Notes under the pieces: model-generated
The model's input: the letters and a program-made list of their open reading frames with translations, nothing else
What the model was told of the DNA's origin: nothing
Database searches by the model: none
Position numbers and translations under genes: made by a program
Part shown: positions 1 to 14,369 of the stretch, in pieces
How the letters are laid out: the number at the start of each line of letters is the position of its first letter
Position numbering within the stretch: the first letter of the stretch is position 1
Origin: Schmidtea polychroa
Taxonomy: Eukaryota
NCBI GenBank assembly: GCA_044892525.1
Contig: CM097885.1
Location: 27,158,001-27,222,000, forward strand
DNA length: 64,000 nucleotides
Direction of reading: 5' to 3'

Positions 1-3000
1 AATTATATAATTCATTTTCTTCATTACTAAGTAAAATAATTAAAATATTGTAGTAAATTCTTTATTTACTTACTTTATGGATACTAAAACGAAAGAAATA
101 AAGTTATTTCAAAAGTATATTTAAATATTTTAAATTTAAATAATTTAAATTTAGTTATTTAAACATATTTAAACACTTTAGTTATTTAAGCATATTTAAA
201 CATTAATATTATTATATAGTATAATTTTATATAATTTTATATAATATTATAATATTATAATATTATGTATTGTAAATTTAATATATCCTTAATTTAATTT
301 TTTAAATTCAAAAATTTATAATGAAGATTCTTTGAATTAAAAAATATTCTGTTAGTATTTCCAGGCAGAAAACAACGAATTCAATAATTAAAATCTTAAT
401 TTTCATGTTGTTAGGGTTGTGGCCAGAAGTTAATCGCCATCTAATCGTTTGTTCTCAATTTCGCTCATTTTTGTTCAAAACATTCAGGTGAGTTGTTATC
501 TGGAAAGTTTCTTTGAGCTCAGTTTTGTTAAAACACTCACGGTATTCTTGAGGGACGTGACACTGGGAATAAATTAACAATGGGTGGTCTTGCATACATG
601 TTGTTGTTTTGAACTGTTGATTTATTTTAGAAATATGTATATTAAAAACATTTAGGGTATCATTCAGTAAAATAATATAGTATTTTTGAGTATGTTTTAG
701 TTGATTTATAAATAACAGTATTTTGATATATCAATAAAGACCATATACTCCTAGTTTATCCGACAAAATATTCTGTCCCCCTATGGATATTGCTAGCAAG
801 GGTACTGGTCACATTCAACATGTCGCAAGGCTATATTAATCATTTAGAAATTCTTAGGTAATTTAGTAAGATGATCAGAAATTCGTGAATATTTTAAATG
901 TAACTTTACACTTATGTCGAGCGACTAATTTATTGGTTAACTTTGTAGTCATTTAAAGCAAAAATTAATTTATTCATCTAATGTTCGTTACAATAGTTAA
1001 TAATATGAGAAAAACATGGTCATTATTCATTGATAATTTTTAATTCTTTATCATTTGGAGTAAATTTGTTTGAGGCAAAAATAATTAAAGGAGTCATAAT
1101 AGAAATATGGTTATCATTTATCCAATTAAGGGGCCTATTATTTAGAAATATATATTATAAAGTAACAATTATTTTCTAATTTAATTAGATGATCATTAGA
1201 CGTAATATATCTTTGCGAGAAATTTAAGATGTTTGAGTAACCAAAACATGGACATTTTGTGCGATAAATTTATGAATATTGCTTAATTTTGTTATTTTTA
1301 GTCATTTAAAATAATATTTAGCAAAGGTAATTTAGCAAAATATCATTTATCCATCCGATAACAATATTCCTTCAATAGATTAACTGATATTCAACCTATT
1401 TAATTTCTGGAAATATAATTAAAATCATAAATTTCCTTCATGAAAGTTAAATTTTCTTTAGTTGTCGATGTCTTACTCTTTTAAGTCAATATTTTTGTTA
1501 CCGTTATCTTCATAATGAATGTCCGTCTTTAAAATGTTAAATAAAATAATTTAAAGCAATAACCTTTGATATCAATTATCTCTAAATATTTCAAATATTG
1601 CATTGTCAAAACCAAGTAAATTAGTCATTACCCATTAATAAAACCGTGGATAATTAATAAAAACTGGTTCTGAAACATAAATTACTGTGCAATAACATTC
1701 ATCACAACCTCTAAAACGATATAATTTCACAGGAACTATTCATAGCTGACTATTTCCCTTGAAAATTTGATATTTTACCAATAAGAATATATAAATATTC
1801 AAAACATTAACCGATCCCTCACCAAATATCTTTACCCCTTAAAACACCTTAAATCGTATATATTACCATCTTAACCTTCACTAAATCCAACCGAATATAA
1901 TTTCATCCACTTGTGCCCTTTAATAAATCTTAAAATCTATAGAAAATTCTTCAAAATATGAATTTTATTTAATTGTCACAGACATTCTTCCATTGAAATA
2001 ATTTAGTAGCTAAATTCAAAGAGTCCACTAAAAGATCAAAATTCATTAAAATAAATATTTAACCACATGTGTCATCAAATACCTAACTAGAGATGATAAT
2101 ATCTCATTGATTGATCATAATTATAACCATTATAACATGATATATCTTTCAAACTAAATTTAGGTATATTTTACAATAATTTTCAAGTAGATTTTAAATA
2201 TATCATCATCGTGAAAAAATTAGATTGTTTCAACTTTAGATTTTCAATATTTTAAAGTTCATCAATGTGTAAATATTCTTAGAAAAATATATGAAAAAAT
2301 TATTTAGTCAAATTATCATTACAAAGTCATCATCATCATCAAAATTAATAAAATATAGCAAATTATCAAGAAATTAATTAAATTTATCTTAGAATTAACA
2401 CTAAACCTTAAATATTCTTTCAATTAACATGAAATTCACAAAAAAATGTTAGTAAAATCCCGCTAACTCTAAAAAATTACCAATGAATTTAATGCCAAAT
2501 AATAACCAAATATTTGCCTAAATAAAACACACCAGTACCTTTACGACCAGTACCCTTACAACCAGTACCCTTACGAGCAGTACCCATAGAGGGAGAAAAT
2601 ATTTTGTCGGATAAACTCCGAGTATATATATAATAAAACGAATTAACAATAACTCCATCAAATTGAATCAGTCAAATTATCACAAATTTTAATAAAAATC
2701 TTATTCTAAAGTGGTAAGCAGCGTAAAATCGAAAGATAATTTTAATAACACAGAGATAAAATTAACTATATTATTCTCAGGTGGTAAGAATATTTTATTT
2801 TTGAGTCTGTTATCCCTCTATTATCATTGCTTACTTGATGTTTTCATAAATTTGAGTAAAGTTAATGCTGGGTATGTGTTCTGACACACTTTGTTATTTT
2901 CTTAACTTTGAGAGATTATTTGATTAAAAAGAGTAATGTATCTTAAATTATCTTTTAGAATAACTGTTTTTGAAATATTTAATGTAAAATAGTAAATCTC

Positions 3001-6000
3001 ATAATTATTAATTCAATATTAAAGGAGTTAATCAAAATTTAAAATATAAAGTTATCATAATTGCTTAGTCAAATACCATTTGTTATGTATGTTTGTCATT
3101 TTTGGATTAAATACTTTATCAAAATAATTGTTTATCACATTATTATTATTCGTTAGTCACTCATATATTAGAAATAATTTATAAATACTCATCACTTATA
3201 GCCCCCCACTTTCCACTAATCCTCCCAACAACTATTTCTTTGAACATTGAATTAAATATTTTTTTTTTTTATTAAAGTGATCATTTTTATAAATTTTTAT
3301 GAATTTCATGAAATAATTTTAAATAAATGCAATTAATATATTTCCATCTTATCTATGACACTTCTCGGTATATTTACATTTACGTTCCATTAATGAATAA
3401 TTCAAACCCTTATTTTCACCTTTTTGAATTTCATTATTAATTAATCATAGAATAATGATGATTCTTACCACCTGAGAATAATATTGTTAATTTTATCTCT
3501 GTGTTATTAAAATTATCTTTCGATTTTACGCTGCTTACCACTTTAGAATAAGATTTTTTATTAAAATTTGTGATAATTTGAATGATTCAATTTGATGGAG
3601 TTATTGTTAATTCGTTTTATTATATATATACTCGGAGTTTATCCGACAAAATATTTTCTCCCTCTATGGGTACTGCTCGTAAGGGTACTGGTTGTAAGGG
3701 TACTGGTCGTAAAGGTACTGGTGTGTTTTAATGATTTTATTTAGGCAAATATTTGGTTATTATTTGGCATTAAATTCATTGGTAATTTTTTAGAGTTAGC
3801 GGGATTTTACTAACATTTTTTTTGTGAATTTCATGTTAATTGAAAGAATATTTAAGGTTTAGTGTTAATTCTAAGATAAATTTAATTAATTTCTTGATAA
3901 TTTGCTATATTTTATTAATTTTGATGATGATGATGACTTTGTAATGATAATTTGACTAAATAATTTTTTCATATATTTTTCTAAGAATATTTACACATTG
4001 ATGAACTTTAAAATATTGAAAATCTAAAGTTGAAACAATCTAATTTTTTCACGATGATGATATATTTAAAATCTACTTGAAAATTATTGTAAAATATACC
4101 TAAATTTAGTTTGAAAGATATATCATGTTATAATGGTTATAATTATGATCAATCAATGAGATATTATCATCTCTAGTTAGGTATTTGATGACACATGTGG
4201 TTAAATATTTATTTTAATGAATTTTGATCTTTTAGTGGACTCTTTGAATTTAGCTACTAAATTATTTCAATGGGAGAATGTCTGTGACAATTAAATAAAA
4301 TTCATATTTTGAAGAATTTTCTATAGATTTTAAGATTTATTAAAGGGCACAAGTGGATGAAATTATATTCGGTTGGATTTAGTGAAGGTTAAGATGGTAA
4401 TATATACGATTTAAGGTGTTTTAAGGGGTAAAGATATTTGGTGAGGGATCGGTTAATGTTTTGAATATTTATATATTCTTATTGGTAAAATATCAAATTT
4501 TCAAGGGAAATAGTCAGCTATGAATAGTTCCTGTGAAATTATATCGTTTTAGAGGTTGTGATGAATGTTATTGCACAGTAATTTATGTTTCAGAACCAGT
4601 TTTTATTAATTATCCACGGTTTTATTAATGGGTAATGACTAATTTACTTGGTTTTGACAATGCAATATTTGAAATATTTAGAGATAATTGATATCAAAGG
4701 TTATTGCTTTAAATTATTTTATTTAACATTTTAAAGACGGACATTCATTATGAAGATAACGGTAACAAAAATATTGACTTAAAAGAGTTAGACATCGACA
4801 ACTAAAGAAAATTTAACTTTCATGAAGGAAATTTATGATTTTAATTATATTTCCTGAAATTAAATAGGTTGAATATCAGTTAATCTATTGAAGGAATATT
4901 GTTATCGGATGGATAAATGATATTTTGCTAAATTACCTTTGCTAAATATTATTTTAAATGACTAAAAATAACAAAATTAAGCAATATTCATAAATTTATC
5001 GCACAAAATGTCCATGTTTTGGTTACTCAAACATCTTAAATTTCTCGCAAAGATATATTACGTCTAATGATCATCTAATTAAATTAGAAAATAATTGTTA
5101 CTTTATAATATATATTTCTAAATAATAGGCCCCTTAATTGGATAAATGATAACCATATTTCTATTATGACTCCTTTAATTATTTTTGCCTCAAACAAATT
5201 TACTCCAAATGATAAAGAATTTAAAATTATCAATGAATAATGACCATGTTTTTCTCATATTATTAACTATTGTAACGAACATTAGATGAATAAATTAATT
5301 TTTGCTTTAAATGACTACAAAGTTAACCAATAAATTAGTCGCTCGACATAAGTGTAAAGTTACATTTAAAATATTCACGAATTTCTGATCATCTCACTAA
5401 ATTACCTAAGAATTTCTAAATGATTAATATAGCCTTGCGACATGTTGAATGTGACCAGTACCCTTGCTAGCAATATCCATAGGGGGACAGAATATTTTGT
5501 CGGATAAACTAGGAGTATATGGTCTTTATTGATATATCAAAATACTGTTATTTATAAATCAACTAAAACATACTCAAAAATACTATATTATTTTACTGAA
5601 TGATACCTTAAATGTTTTTAATATACATATTTCTAAAATAAATCAACAGTTCAAACCAACAACATGTATGCAAGACCACCCATTGTTAATTTATTCCCAG
5701 TGTCACGTCCCTCAAGAATACCGTGAGTGTTTTAACAAAACTGAGCTCAAAGAAACTTTCCAGATAACAACTCACCTGAATGTTTTGAACAAAAATGAGC
5801 GAAATTGAGAACAAACGATTAGATGGCGATTAACTTCTGGCCACAACCCTAACAACATGAAAATTAAGATTTTAATTATTGAATTCGTTGTTTTCTGCCT
5901 GGAAATACTAACAGAATATTTTTTAATTCAAAGAATCTTCATTATAAATTTTTGAATTTAAAAAATTAAGTTAAGGATATATTAAATTTACAATACATAA

Positions 6001-6262
6001 TATTATAATATTATAATATTATATAAAATTATATAAAATTATACTATATAATAATATTAATGTTTAAATATGCTTAAATAACTAAAGTGTTTAAATATGT
6101 TTAAATAACTAAATTTAAATTATTTAAATTTAAAATATTTAAATATACTTTTGAAATAACTTTATTTCTTTCGTTTTAGTATCCATAAAGTAAGTAAATA
6201 AAGAATTTACTACAATATTTTAATTATTTTACTTAGTAATGAAGAAAATGAATTATATAATT
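1..6262. repeat. Large inverted repeat (palindrome): arms 1-2791 and 3461-6262, unique spacer 2792-3460
   Basis: Base 1 (aattatataattcattttcttc) is the reverse complement of 6241-6262. The inner ends gtggtaagaat (2781-2791) and attcttaccac (3461-3471) also pair. The arms differ by scattered substitutions and one ~10-bp indel near 3730. Confidence 0.95.
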
Positions 6263-6846
6263 ATGAAGAAGATGAACAAAATGGTGAAACACTAAATGAC
6301 TTATGTTCTGGATTTAGAAATTTCTTATTAAAACATGAATTATAGAAGAAAATGAACCAGACAAAATGGTGAAACATTGCTATGTTCTGGATTTCTTAAA
6401 TGAATTAGCTGATTGTGGGTGTCCTTCAACATGAATTATCAGACTTAAATTATGTAAACTTTCAACGAATGTCAAGAAAAATGGGAAAAACCGATGTTTT
6501 AGCAATTAGATATTGTAAAGTACTACCTGAAGAATATTATTATTAATGTAAGACATGAATTAATTCTTTAAAATATATATATTATATTTAGGTATCTGTG
6601 TTTTATGGTGGGAAATGACATTGAAAAAGTATACCACAAATAACAGTTGCCTAATTTATCAAGCCTGTGACGATAAAATGCTAGATAATGTAAGTAAATT
6701 TTAGCAATGATAGTTGACGCCACATCAGAAACTAAGAAATATGTCCAATTCGCAAGATGTATTCCATGAAATCACTATCAAATGGCCTGATGGAGAGATT
6801 AATTTTGAGATAGATTACCAACAGAAGAGCGAGAAAAATTTGTAAA
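6231..6846 (+). pseudogene. Degenerate, possibly spliced ORF relic of unknown function (cargo of element A)
   Basis: Coding-like stretches (NEENELYNYEEDEQNGETLNDLCSGFRNFLLKHEL; HELSDLNYVNFQRMSRKMGKTDVLAIRYCKVLPEEYY) are broken by stops. There is a short tandem duplication and a GTAAG...TTTAG mini-intron at ~6549-6591. Confidence 0.3.
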
Positions 6847-7320
6847 TTAAATATAATAGGGTTGGGTGGGTCCTCTTTATCCCTTAATTAATATATATTT
6901 ACAAGCTGATCGTCGTGGTGGGCGGTTGTAATCCAACTAGTGGGAGGCCTCTGTAAATATATATTTGTGTTAGTGAAAACATTAATTAATTTGGTTATAG
7001 TGCCAATGACGCATGTATTTTGAAATTATACGTTTCGAATGTGCTGGTAGTTGACTACCCATGCTAGGCGTAATGTTCCATACGGAAAACTATAATGCCC
7101 AGGTTCTTCTGACCCCACTTGGGGGAGGCACAGACGACCCTTGTGGACGCGAACAAATATCCACCGTGTCTTTCAGGCACAGATATTTGGTCACTGCTCA
7201 TTAGACCTGGCAATACTAAATGCATAAACTTTGCCTTGTCCTCTCTTGTCTTGATTTTTATAGTTTAAATATTATTAAAAATAGTAGGTGTTATAAGTTT
7301 TATTTACTAACCTTAATTAA

Positions 7321-7414
7321 TATACCCTTGCGATATGTTGAGTGTGAGTAGTACCTTTGTGAGCAATACCCATAGGGGGACAGAATATTTTGTCGGATAA
7401 ACTAGGAGTATATA
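7321..7414 (+). repeat. ~95-bp dispersed module TATACCCTTG...GGGGGACAGAATATTTTGTCGGATAAACTAGGAGTATATA (reference copy)
   Basis: Other copies lie at ~743-835(-), 2535-2630, 3621-3720(-), 5428-5520, 8469-8578, 8789-8904, 20043-20122 and 20461-20577. It contains a near-perfect 16-bp palindrome. Confidence 0.85.
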
Positions 7415-7539
7415 CACCCATGTTAAACAAAGTATGTGTATATGGAATGTATGTATAAAATTATTGTCAACTTCCCGTGAAGGCAAACACAGAATATTGC
7501 AAACATAATAATACTCTACCCCATAACTTAGTATGTAAA

Positions 7540-7575
7540 AATTATTTAAGGTTTTTCACTAATAATAATAATAAT

Positions 7576-7621
<46 letters not shown>

Positions 7622-8150
7622 TTAATAATAATAAAGTTTAATGGGTTGTATATGTGTGTAAAAAAATATTTGAGGTTTTCACGAATATTGATAATAATAA
7701 TGGTTTATGAGTGTTTTTATGTTTTTGACTAATATTTGCAATAATAATAATGGTTAATGGGTTGTGTGTGTGTGTGTGTAGAAAATATTTTAGGTTTTCA
7801 CTAATATTGATAATAATAATTGTTAATGGGTTGTGTGAGTGTAAATAATATTTTAGGTTTTTGACTAATATTTGCAATAATAATAATAATAATAATAAGT
7901 TTAATGAGTTGTATGTGTGTGTGTAAAAATATTTTAGGTTTTTAATATTGATAATAATAATAATAATGGTTAATGGGTTGTGTGTGTGTGTAAAAAATAT
8001 TTTAGGTTTTCACTAATAATGATAATAATAATGGTTAATGAGTTGTGCATGTGTGTGTGTGTGTGTAGAAAATATTTTAGGTTTTTAATAATGATAATAA
8101 TAATAATGGTTGAGGGGTTGTGTGTGTAAACCATATTTTAGATTTTTCAT
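7540..8150. repeat. ~60-bp minisatellite (TTAATGGGTTG(TG)nTAAAAATATTTTAGGTTTT...(TAA)n)
   Basis: About ten degenerate tandem units; a homologous array lies at ~26860-27135. Confidence 0.85.
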
Positions 8151-8154
8151 TAAC

Positions 8155-8247
<93 letters not shown>

Positions 8248-8609
8248 TCCCGCGCGTGTTAATACTTTAAAAGAAAATATTGAAAATTTAAAAAATAATA
8301 ATATTTATGCAAAGCATGTGCAATAATTATGTCTTTGTTAATTAAGTAAACTTTAGTGTCAAAATAAGTTTTTAAAATATTTTTAAATTTAAAATACCGC
8401 AACTTAATATATTTTTGTTCTACCCCTTCATTGATTTAAGTTGGTCAGAATTTAATAATAATTATATTATACCCTTTGAGACATGTTGAATGTGAGTAGT
8501 ACACCTTTGACCATTACCCATATGAGCAATACTCATAAAGGGATAGAATATTTTGTCGGATGGATTAAGAGTATATATGATAATAATATTCCCCGTGCGC
8601 GTAATAATA

Positions 8610-8754
<145 letters not shown>

Positions 8755-8905
8755 TGAACTTGTATTTGAAATAATAATAATAATAATTTACGACATATTG
8801 AGTGTGAGCAGTACCCTTGTGACTTGTTGAATGTGAGTAGTACATTTGTGAGCAGTACCCATAGGGGGACAGAATATCTTGTCGGATAGACTCGGTGTAT
8901 ATATG

Positions 8906-8986
<81 letters not shown>

Positions 8987-9149
8987 CTTAGAAAATAATA
9001 ATATGTAATCAACGATTTAAACAAAATTATATTATTACGTATTCGATAATTAAAACAAAAAAAATTATATAATCAATGATTTAAACAAAATTATATAATC
9101 ATCGATAATTAAAACAAAATTATATAATCATCGATAATTAAAACAAAAT

Positions 9150-10290
9150 TATTAATTCTAAAAATATTAGGCATCGTTCTAAAATTATGATGTAATCATT
9201 CTAAAAATATTAGGCATCGTTCTAAAAGTATGGCGTAATCATTCTAAAAATAATAGACATCGATTACGTAATAGTTCTAAAAATATTAGGCATCATTCTA
9301 AAATTAAAAGGCATCGTTCTAAAAATATTAGGCACCATTCTAAAAGTATGACGTAATCGTTCTAAAAATATTAGGCATCGTTCTAAAAATATTAGACATC
9401 GTTCTAAAAATATTAGGCATCGTTCTAAAAATTATTACGTAATCATTCTAAAAATATTAGACATCGTTGGGTGAGTCATTGGGTGAGTCATTCTCTTTGT
9501 TAATATTAATGATGATGATACCTTCAATAGCTCATTCGAAAGGTCTTGGACTGGGCTTTAAGATGAGGTATCGTTCAATAAATTCAGATGATGGAAACAT
9601 TAATTTTTGGGATGAAAAAAAGTGTGAGCCCGCCAGATCACTTAATAATATTTTGGAAAATAATAATAATTTAACTTTGAAAAGATGGTGGTCATCAAAT
9701 GTTAATAACATTAAAACTATTAAAGATATATAAGATACCTATAGCTCATTCGAAAGGTCTTGGACTGGGCTTTAAGATGAGGTATCGTTCAATAAATTTT
9801 GTTAACGAGAACATTAACTTTTGGGATGAAAAAAAGTGTGAGCCCGCCAGATCACTTAATTTAAAAAAATTATGTAATAGTTCTAAAAATATTAGGCGTT
9901 GGTTACGTAATAGTTCTAAAAATAAGAGGCACCATTCTAAAAATATTAGACATCGTTCTAAAAATATTAGGCATCGATTACGCAATAGTTCGAAAAATAT
10001 TAGGCATCGTTCTAAAAATATTAGACATCGTTGGGTGAGTCATTCTCTTTGTTAATAATAATGATGATGATACCTTCTATGGCTCATTCGAAAGGTCTTG
10101 CACTGAGCTTTAAGATGAGGTATCGTCCAATAAATTCGGATAATGGGAACATTAATTTTTGGGATGAAAAAAAAGTGTGAGCCCGCCAGATCACTTAATT
10201 TAAAAAAATTACGTAATAGTTCTAAAAATATTAGGCATTGGTTACGTAATAGTTCTAAAAATATGTGGCATCGTTCTAAAAATTTTTTTT
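9150..10290. repeat. 21-bp tandem repeat (TCTAAAAATATTAGGCATCGT) interleaved with a triplicated ~125-bp block; subterminal region of element A
   Basis: The block ATAGCTCATTCGAAAGGTC...GCCCGCCAGATCACTTAAT occurs at ~9519-9646, 9736-9860 and 10069-10199. TGAGTCA and TTACGTAA motifs are embedded. Confidence 0.9.
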
Positions 10291-10377
10291 CCCGGGGGGG
10301 GAGGGGGGAGGGGGTATATGTGATGCGGGGAGCTCCTGATCTGGGGAGCTCCAATCATACTACTTATTTTGCCATAG

Positions 10378-10448
10378 TATTTATTAAAAACTAGACTATG
10401 AATCAGTAAATATATCGATGTTTTTTAGAAATTCACGAATTTTCGGCC
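10378..10448 (-). repeat. Penelope-derived hammerhead repeat, truncated copy
   Basis: The reverse complement reads GGCCGAAAATTCGTGAA...CATCGATATATTTACTGATTCATAGTC, matching 14634-14780. Confidence 0.75.
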
Positions 10449-10455
10449 GATATCG

Positions 10456-11762
<1,307 letters not shown>

Positions 11763-11993
11763 TTATTATTATTATTATTATATTAAGTAAAAAATTAACT
11801 AATAAATGAACACAAATCCTGCATTCTATTTTTCTCATAAATAAAATATAATAATAAATTATGCAATTTAAATTTAAAGAGAAAAAATAATTCTCGATTT
11901 TTAAAATATTTATATTATGAAATTTTAAAAATGTAAAATTATTCAATAATAAACTTTTTTGTAAATTTTTCTTGAAATTTATGATTTTAACAC

Positions 11994-12800
11994 TTATTGA
12001 AACCAATTGTCATTGAGAAGCTCTTTTAATTCGATTCTATGTTTTGGATTAACAACAATACATTTCTTAATAAATTCTTTTACATTTTTCGAACATTTAG
12101 TAAATGACAATTTCCGTATGTAATCGTCATTTTCCTTTCTGAAAGGCTTCTTCTGTTCAATGCAACAGTAAGTTAGGGCTCCCAGCATGAATACAATGCT
12201 TTTCTTCACGTCATATCTAATACCCTCAAATACTTCTGGACAATAATATCCAGCAGTTCCGGCATGATCATCACATTTAGGATTTTTATCTTCAACATCG
12301 TAAAGCGCGTCTTTGTAATCAAGAATCTTTACTTGATATGTTGATTTATTAACCATGATATTTTTTGGCTTGATATCCAAATGATAAATGCCTTTCTCTG
12401 TCAACTTTTGAATGGCTATTATTACATTTCGTACTATTTTCTTTATTGAACTTTCAGGTCGTTTCTTCGCCATAATGTATTCATGCAATTCAATCCATTT
12501 GCCTGTCAAATGTTCCATAACAATTGCAAATTCTTTATCATTTTGGAAATAACGAAGAATTTTTGGACAAATTTCATCATCATTGATTAATTGATTAAAA
12601 TGCATTTCAAGCGGAATCGGGCATGAATAATCTGGACTTTTTGTGAATAGGTTAACTTTATATTTGTAATAACTTTTTATGACTACAGTTTTGTTTTTGT
12701 AAATTTCTCTAAGATAGTTTTCTGCGACATATATTGTACTTTTCTTTGATGAAAGGAGCGTTTTAATGTATTTGTAATTATCAGAAATAATCATATTCAA
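11994..12800 (-). CDS. Intronless Ser/Thr protein kinase, PIM-like, atypical (non-RD; DYK in place of DFG)
   Basis: 268-aa ORF with VVIK, PIPLEMH (alphaC), FAIVMEH, YHLDIKPKN, VKILDYKD, GTAGYYCPE and the C-terminal R...ELLNDNWF. Confidence 0.75.
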   Translation of the reverse strand: MNMIISDNYKYIKTLLSSKKSTIYVAENYLREIYKNKTVVIKSYYKYKVNLFTKSPDYSCPIPLEMHFNQLINDDEICPKILRYFQNDKEFAIVMEHLTGKWIELHEYIMAKKRPESSIKKIVRNVIIAIQKLTEKGIYHLDIKPKNIMVNKSTYQVKILDYKDALYDVEDKNPKCDDHAGTAGYYCPEVFEGIRYDVKKSIVFMLGALTYCCIEQKKPFRKENDDYIRKLSFTKCSKNVKEFIKKCIVVNPKHRIELKELLNDNWFQ

Positions 12801-13383
12801 TCGCTTTAATAATTGTTTTAATAATATCTTGTTGGCCTTTCAAATAATGATATATTTTATTTATTTTGTATTTATATCGCATATGATTGGATAGATTAAT
12901 AAAATAAATAAATAATTTAATATGTAATGACAATAGAAACTTTTTATATTATAATTTGATCGGGACATTGGAGTAAATTGCTCATTCTGATCTGTGCCTC
13001 ATAGGAACGGATTGTATCATTTTTGTTTATGCATAAATCCAACTATTTGCGTCTGTACACTCACCCTACAGACATGCCAAATAACTACTGTGCACACAGA
13101 AAAGACAATCGAAATCGAACAGCCTGAGAAGACTGATTATGGGGTTTTGAGAAATTATTACCGTTCTATTAAAAGATTTCAATAGAAATGTCCAAATAAA
13201 GTCATTTTCAGAAAATTATGAATGATTTTGTGTTTAAATAAATAAATATGTTGGTGGCGACAGAGAAATTAAATATTATCAATTATTGATCTGACTCAAA
13301 AGCGTGCATTCTTTAATAACAATAATGAGCTCCACTCAATATAAATTTTATTGAATAACAAATTGATTACCAATTTACAACGA

Positions 13384-13530
13384 CATTTGAAAAGGGCAGT
13401 GCTGAAAATTCGTGAATATCAAAAAAACATCGATATCTTTACTGATTCATAGTCAAGTTTTTTGTTAATAAATGAAATGTCAATTGAAAAGAAATCAGTG
13501 GTGAAAATTGAAAAAAGTTCTTATAATAAT
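13384..13530 (+). repeat. Penelope-derived hammerhead repeat copy
   Basis: CAT-TTGAAAA-G-GGC-AGT-GCT-GAAA-ATTC-GTG followed by the shared 3' tail ending TTCTTATAATAAT. Confidence 0.8.
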
Positions 13531-13630
13531 ATGAATTGTTATTAAAAGTATTAAATTATAAAATTAAATAATTTTTAAACTTCAATTTTTTAAAATCTTT
13601 TTTATATATATATATTGTTACAAATTACAA

Positions 13631-13860
13631 AGTATGTAGTAAGGACTCCAGTTCACTTTCAAGTTCAAGTTCATGAAATGTCAAGATCAAATATAGATCA
13701 ATCGAATCATTTTTTAAAAATTTTATATAATTACTTGTATTTAATTTATTACATTTTATTATATTTTTATTATATATTTATTATTATTTGATTTTAATTA
13801 ATACTTTTGTTAATTTTTAATTTATTAATTAATTATTTTAATTACTTATGCTATTTAATC
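13631..13860 (+). mobile_element. Left-end fragment of the AGTAG-terminated element family
   Basis: AGTATG...AGGACTCCA...CACTTTCAAG...AATGTC.AGATCAAATATAG.TCAAT.GAATCATTTT aligns with 19431-19510. The downstream AT-rich segment matches ~19510-19640. Confidence 0.7.
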
Positions 13861-14369
13861 ATATATATATATATATATATATATACCTACGCTTCCCTTT
13901 TTTAAACAATAGGACATGTAACACAATCAGAGCTTACATTCGCAATATGGTGTTGCCCGTTCATATTCGCCCGATTTATATAACTGCTGCACCTTTGAAG
14001 TCACAGTTTCGTAAGTCTCAAAAATCTCTAACATCAGACCTATTTCATCGAGATTGTATATACCAATCCTCCACCAAATGTTTCTGCTTCTCAAAGAACA
14101 TTGTTTACCAAATTACTTGCACAAGATGTAACGCATCGTACATAGGTGAAACACATAGAACGTTCCAAACAAGGCTCAATGAACAAGTCAAGAGAAAAAC
14201 CAGCAATTATCACGAACATTGTAAAAAAGTGCACAAATCAGCACCACTCTTACACGAAACAAAATGCAAAATGTTACAAGATGCGTTCAAAACCTCATTG
14301 CAAAGATTAACCGCGGAGTCTCTTTATATCAAAAAACTTAAACCGTCCATCAACATTCAACTTAATTAA
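13848..14369 (+). CDS. GIY-YIG endonuclease domain of a 5'-truncated Penelope-like retroelement (fragment)
   Basis: KNIVYQITCTRCNASYIGETHRTFQTRLNEQ...HEH...AESLYIKKLKPSINIQ is the PLE-type GIY-YIG signature. The N-terminus of the ORF is only (TA)n read-through. Confidence 0.85.
   Translation: MLFNHIYIYIYIYLRFPFLNNRTCNTIRAYIRNMVLPVHIRPIYITAAPLKSQFRKSQKSLTSDLFHRDCIYQSSTKCFCFSKNIVYQITCTRCNASYIGETHRTFQTRLNEQVKRKTSNYHEHCKKVHKSAPLLHETKCKMLQDAFKTSLQRLTAESLYIKKLKPSINIQLN

Noticed and set aside
6890..7200. Twister or HDV-like ribozyme
   Set aside because: Hairpins are present, but the conserved pseudoknot residues could not be matched on either strand.
9150..10290. CRISPR-like repeat array
   Set aside because: The units are directly tandem with no unique spacers, the context is eukaryotic and there are no cas genes.
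9467..10394. Repetitive ORFs (SKNIRHR repeats)
   Set aside because: They arise from the 21-bp tandem repeat and the triplicated block, and are open on both strands with no protein features.
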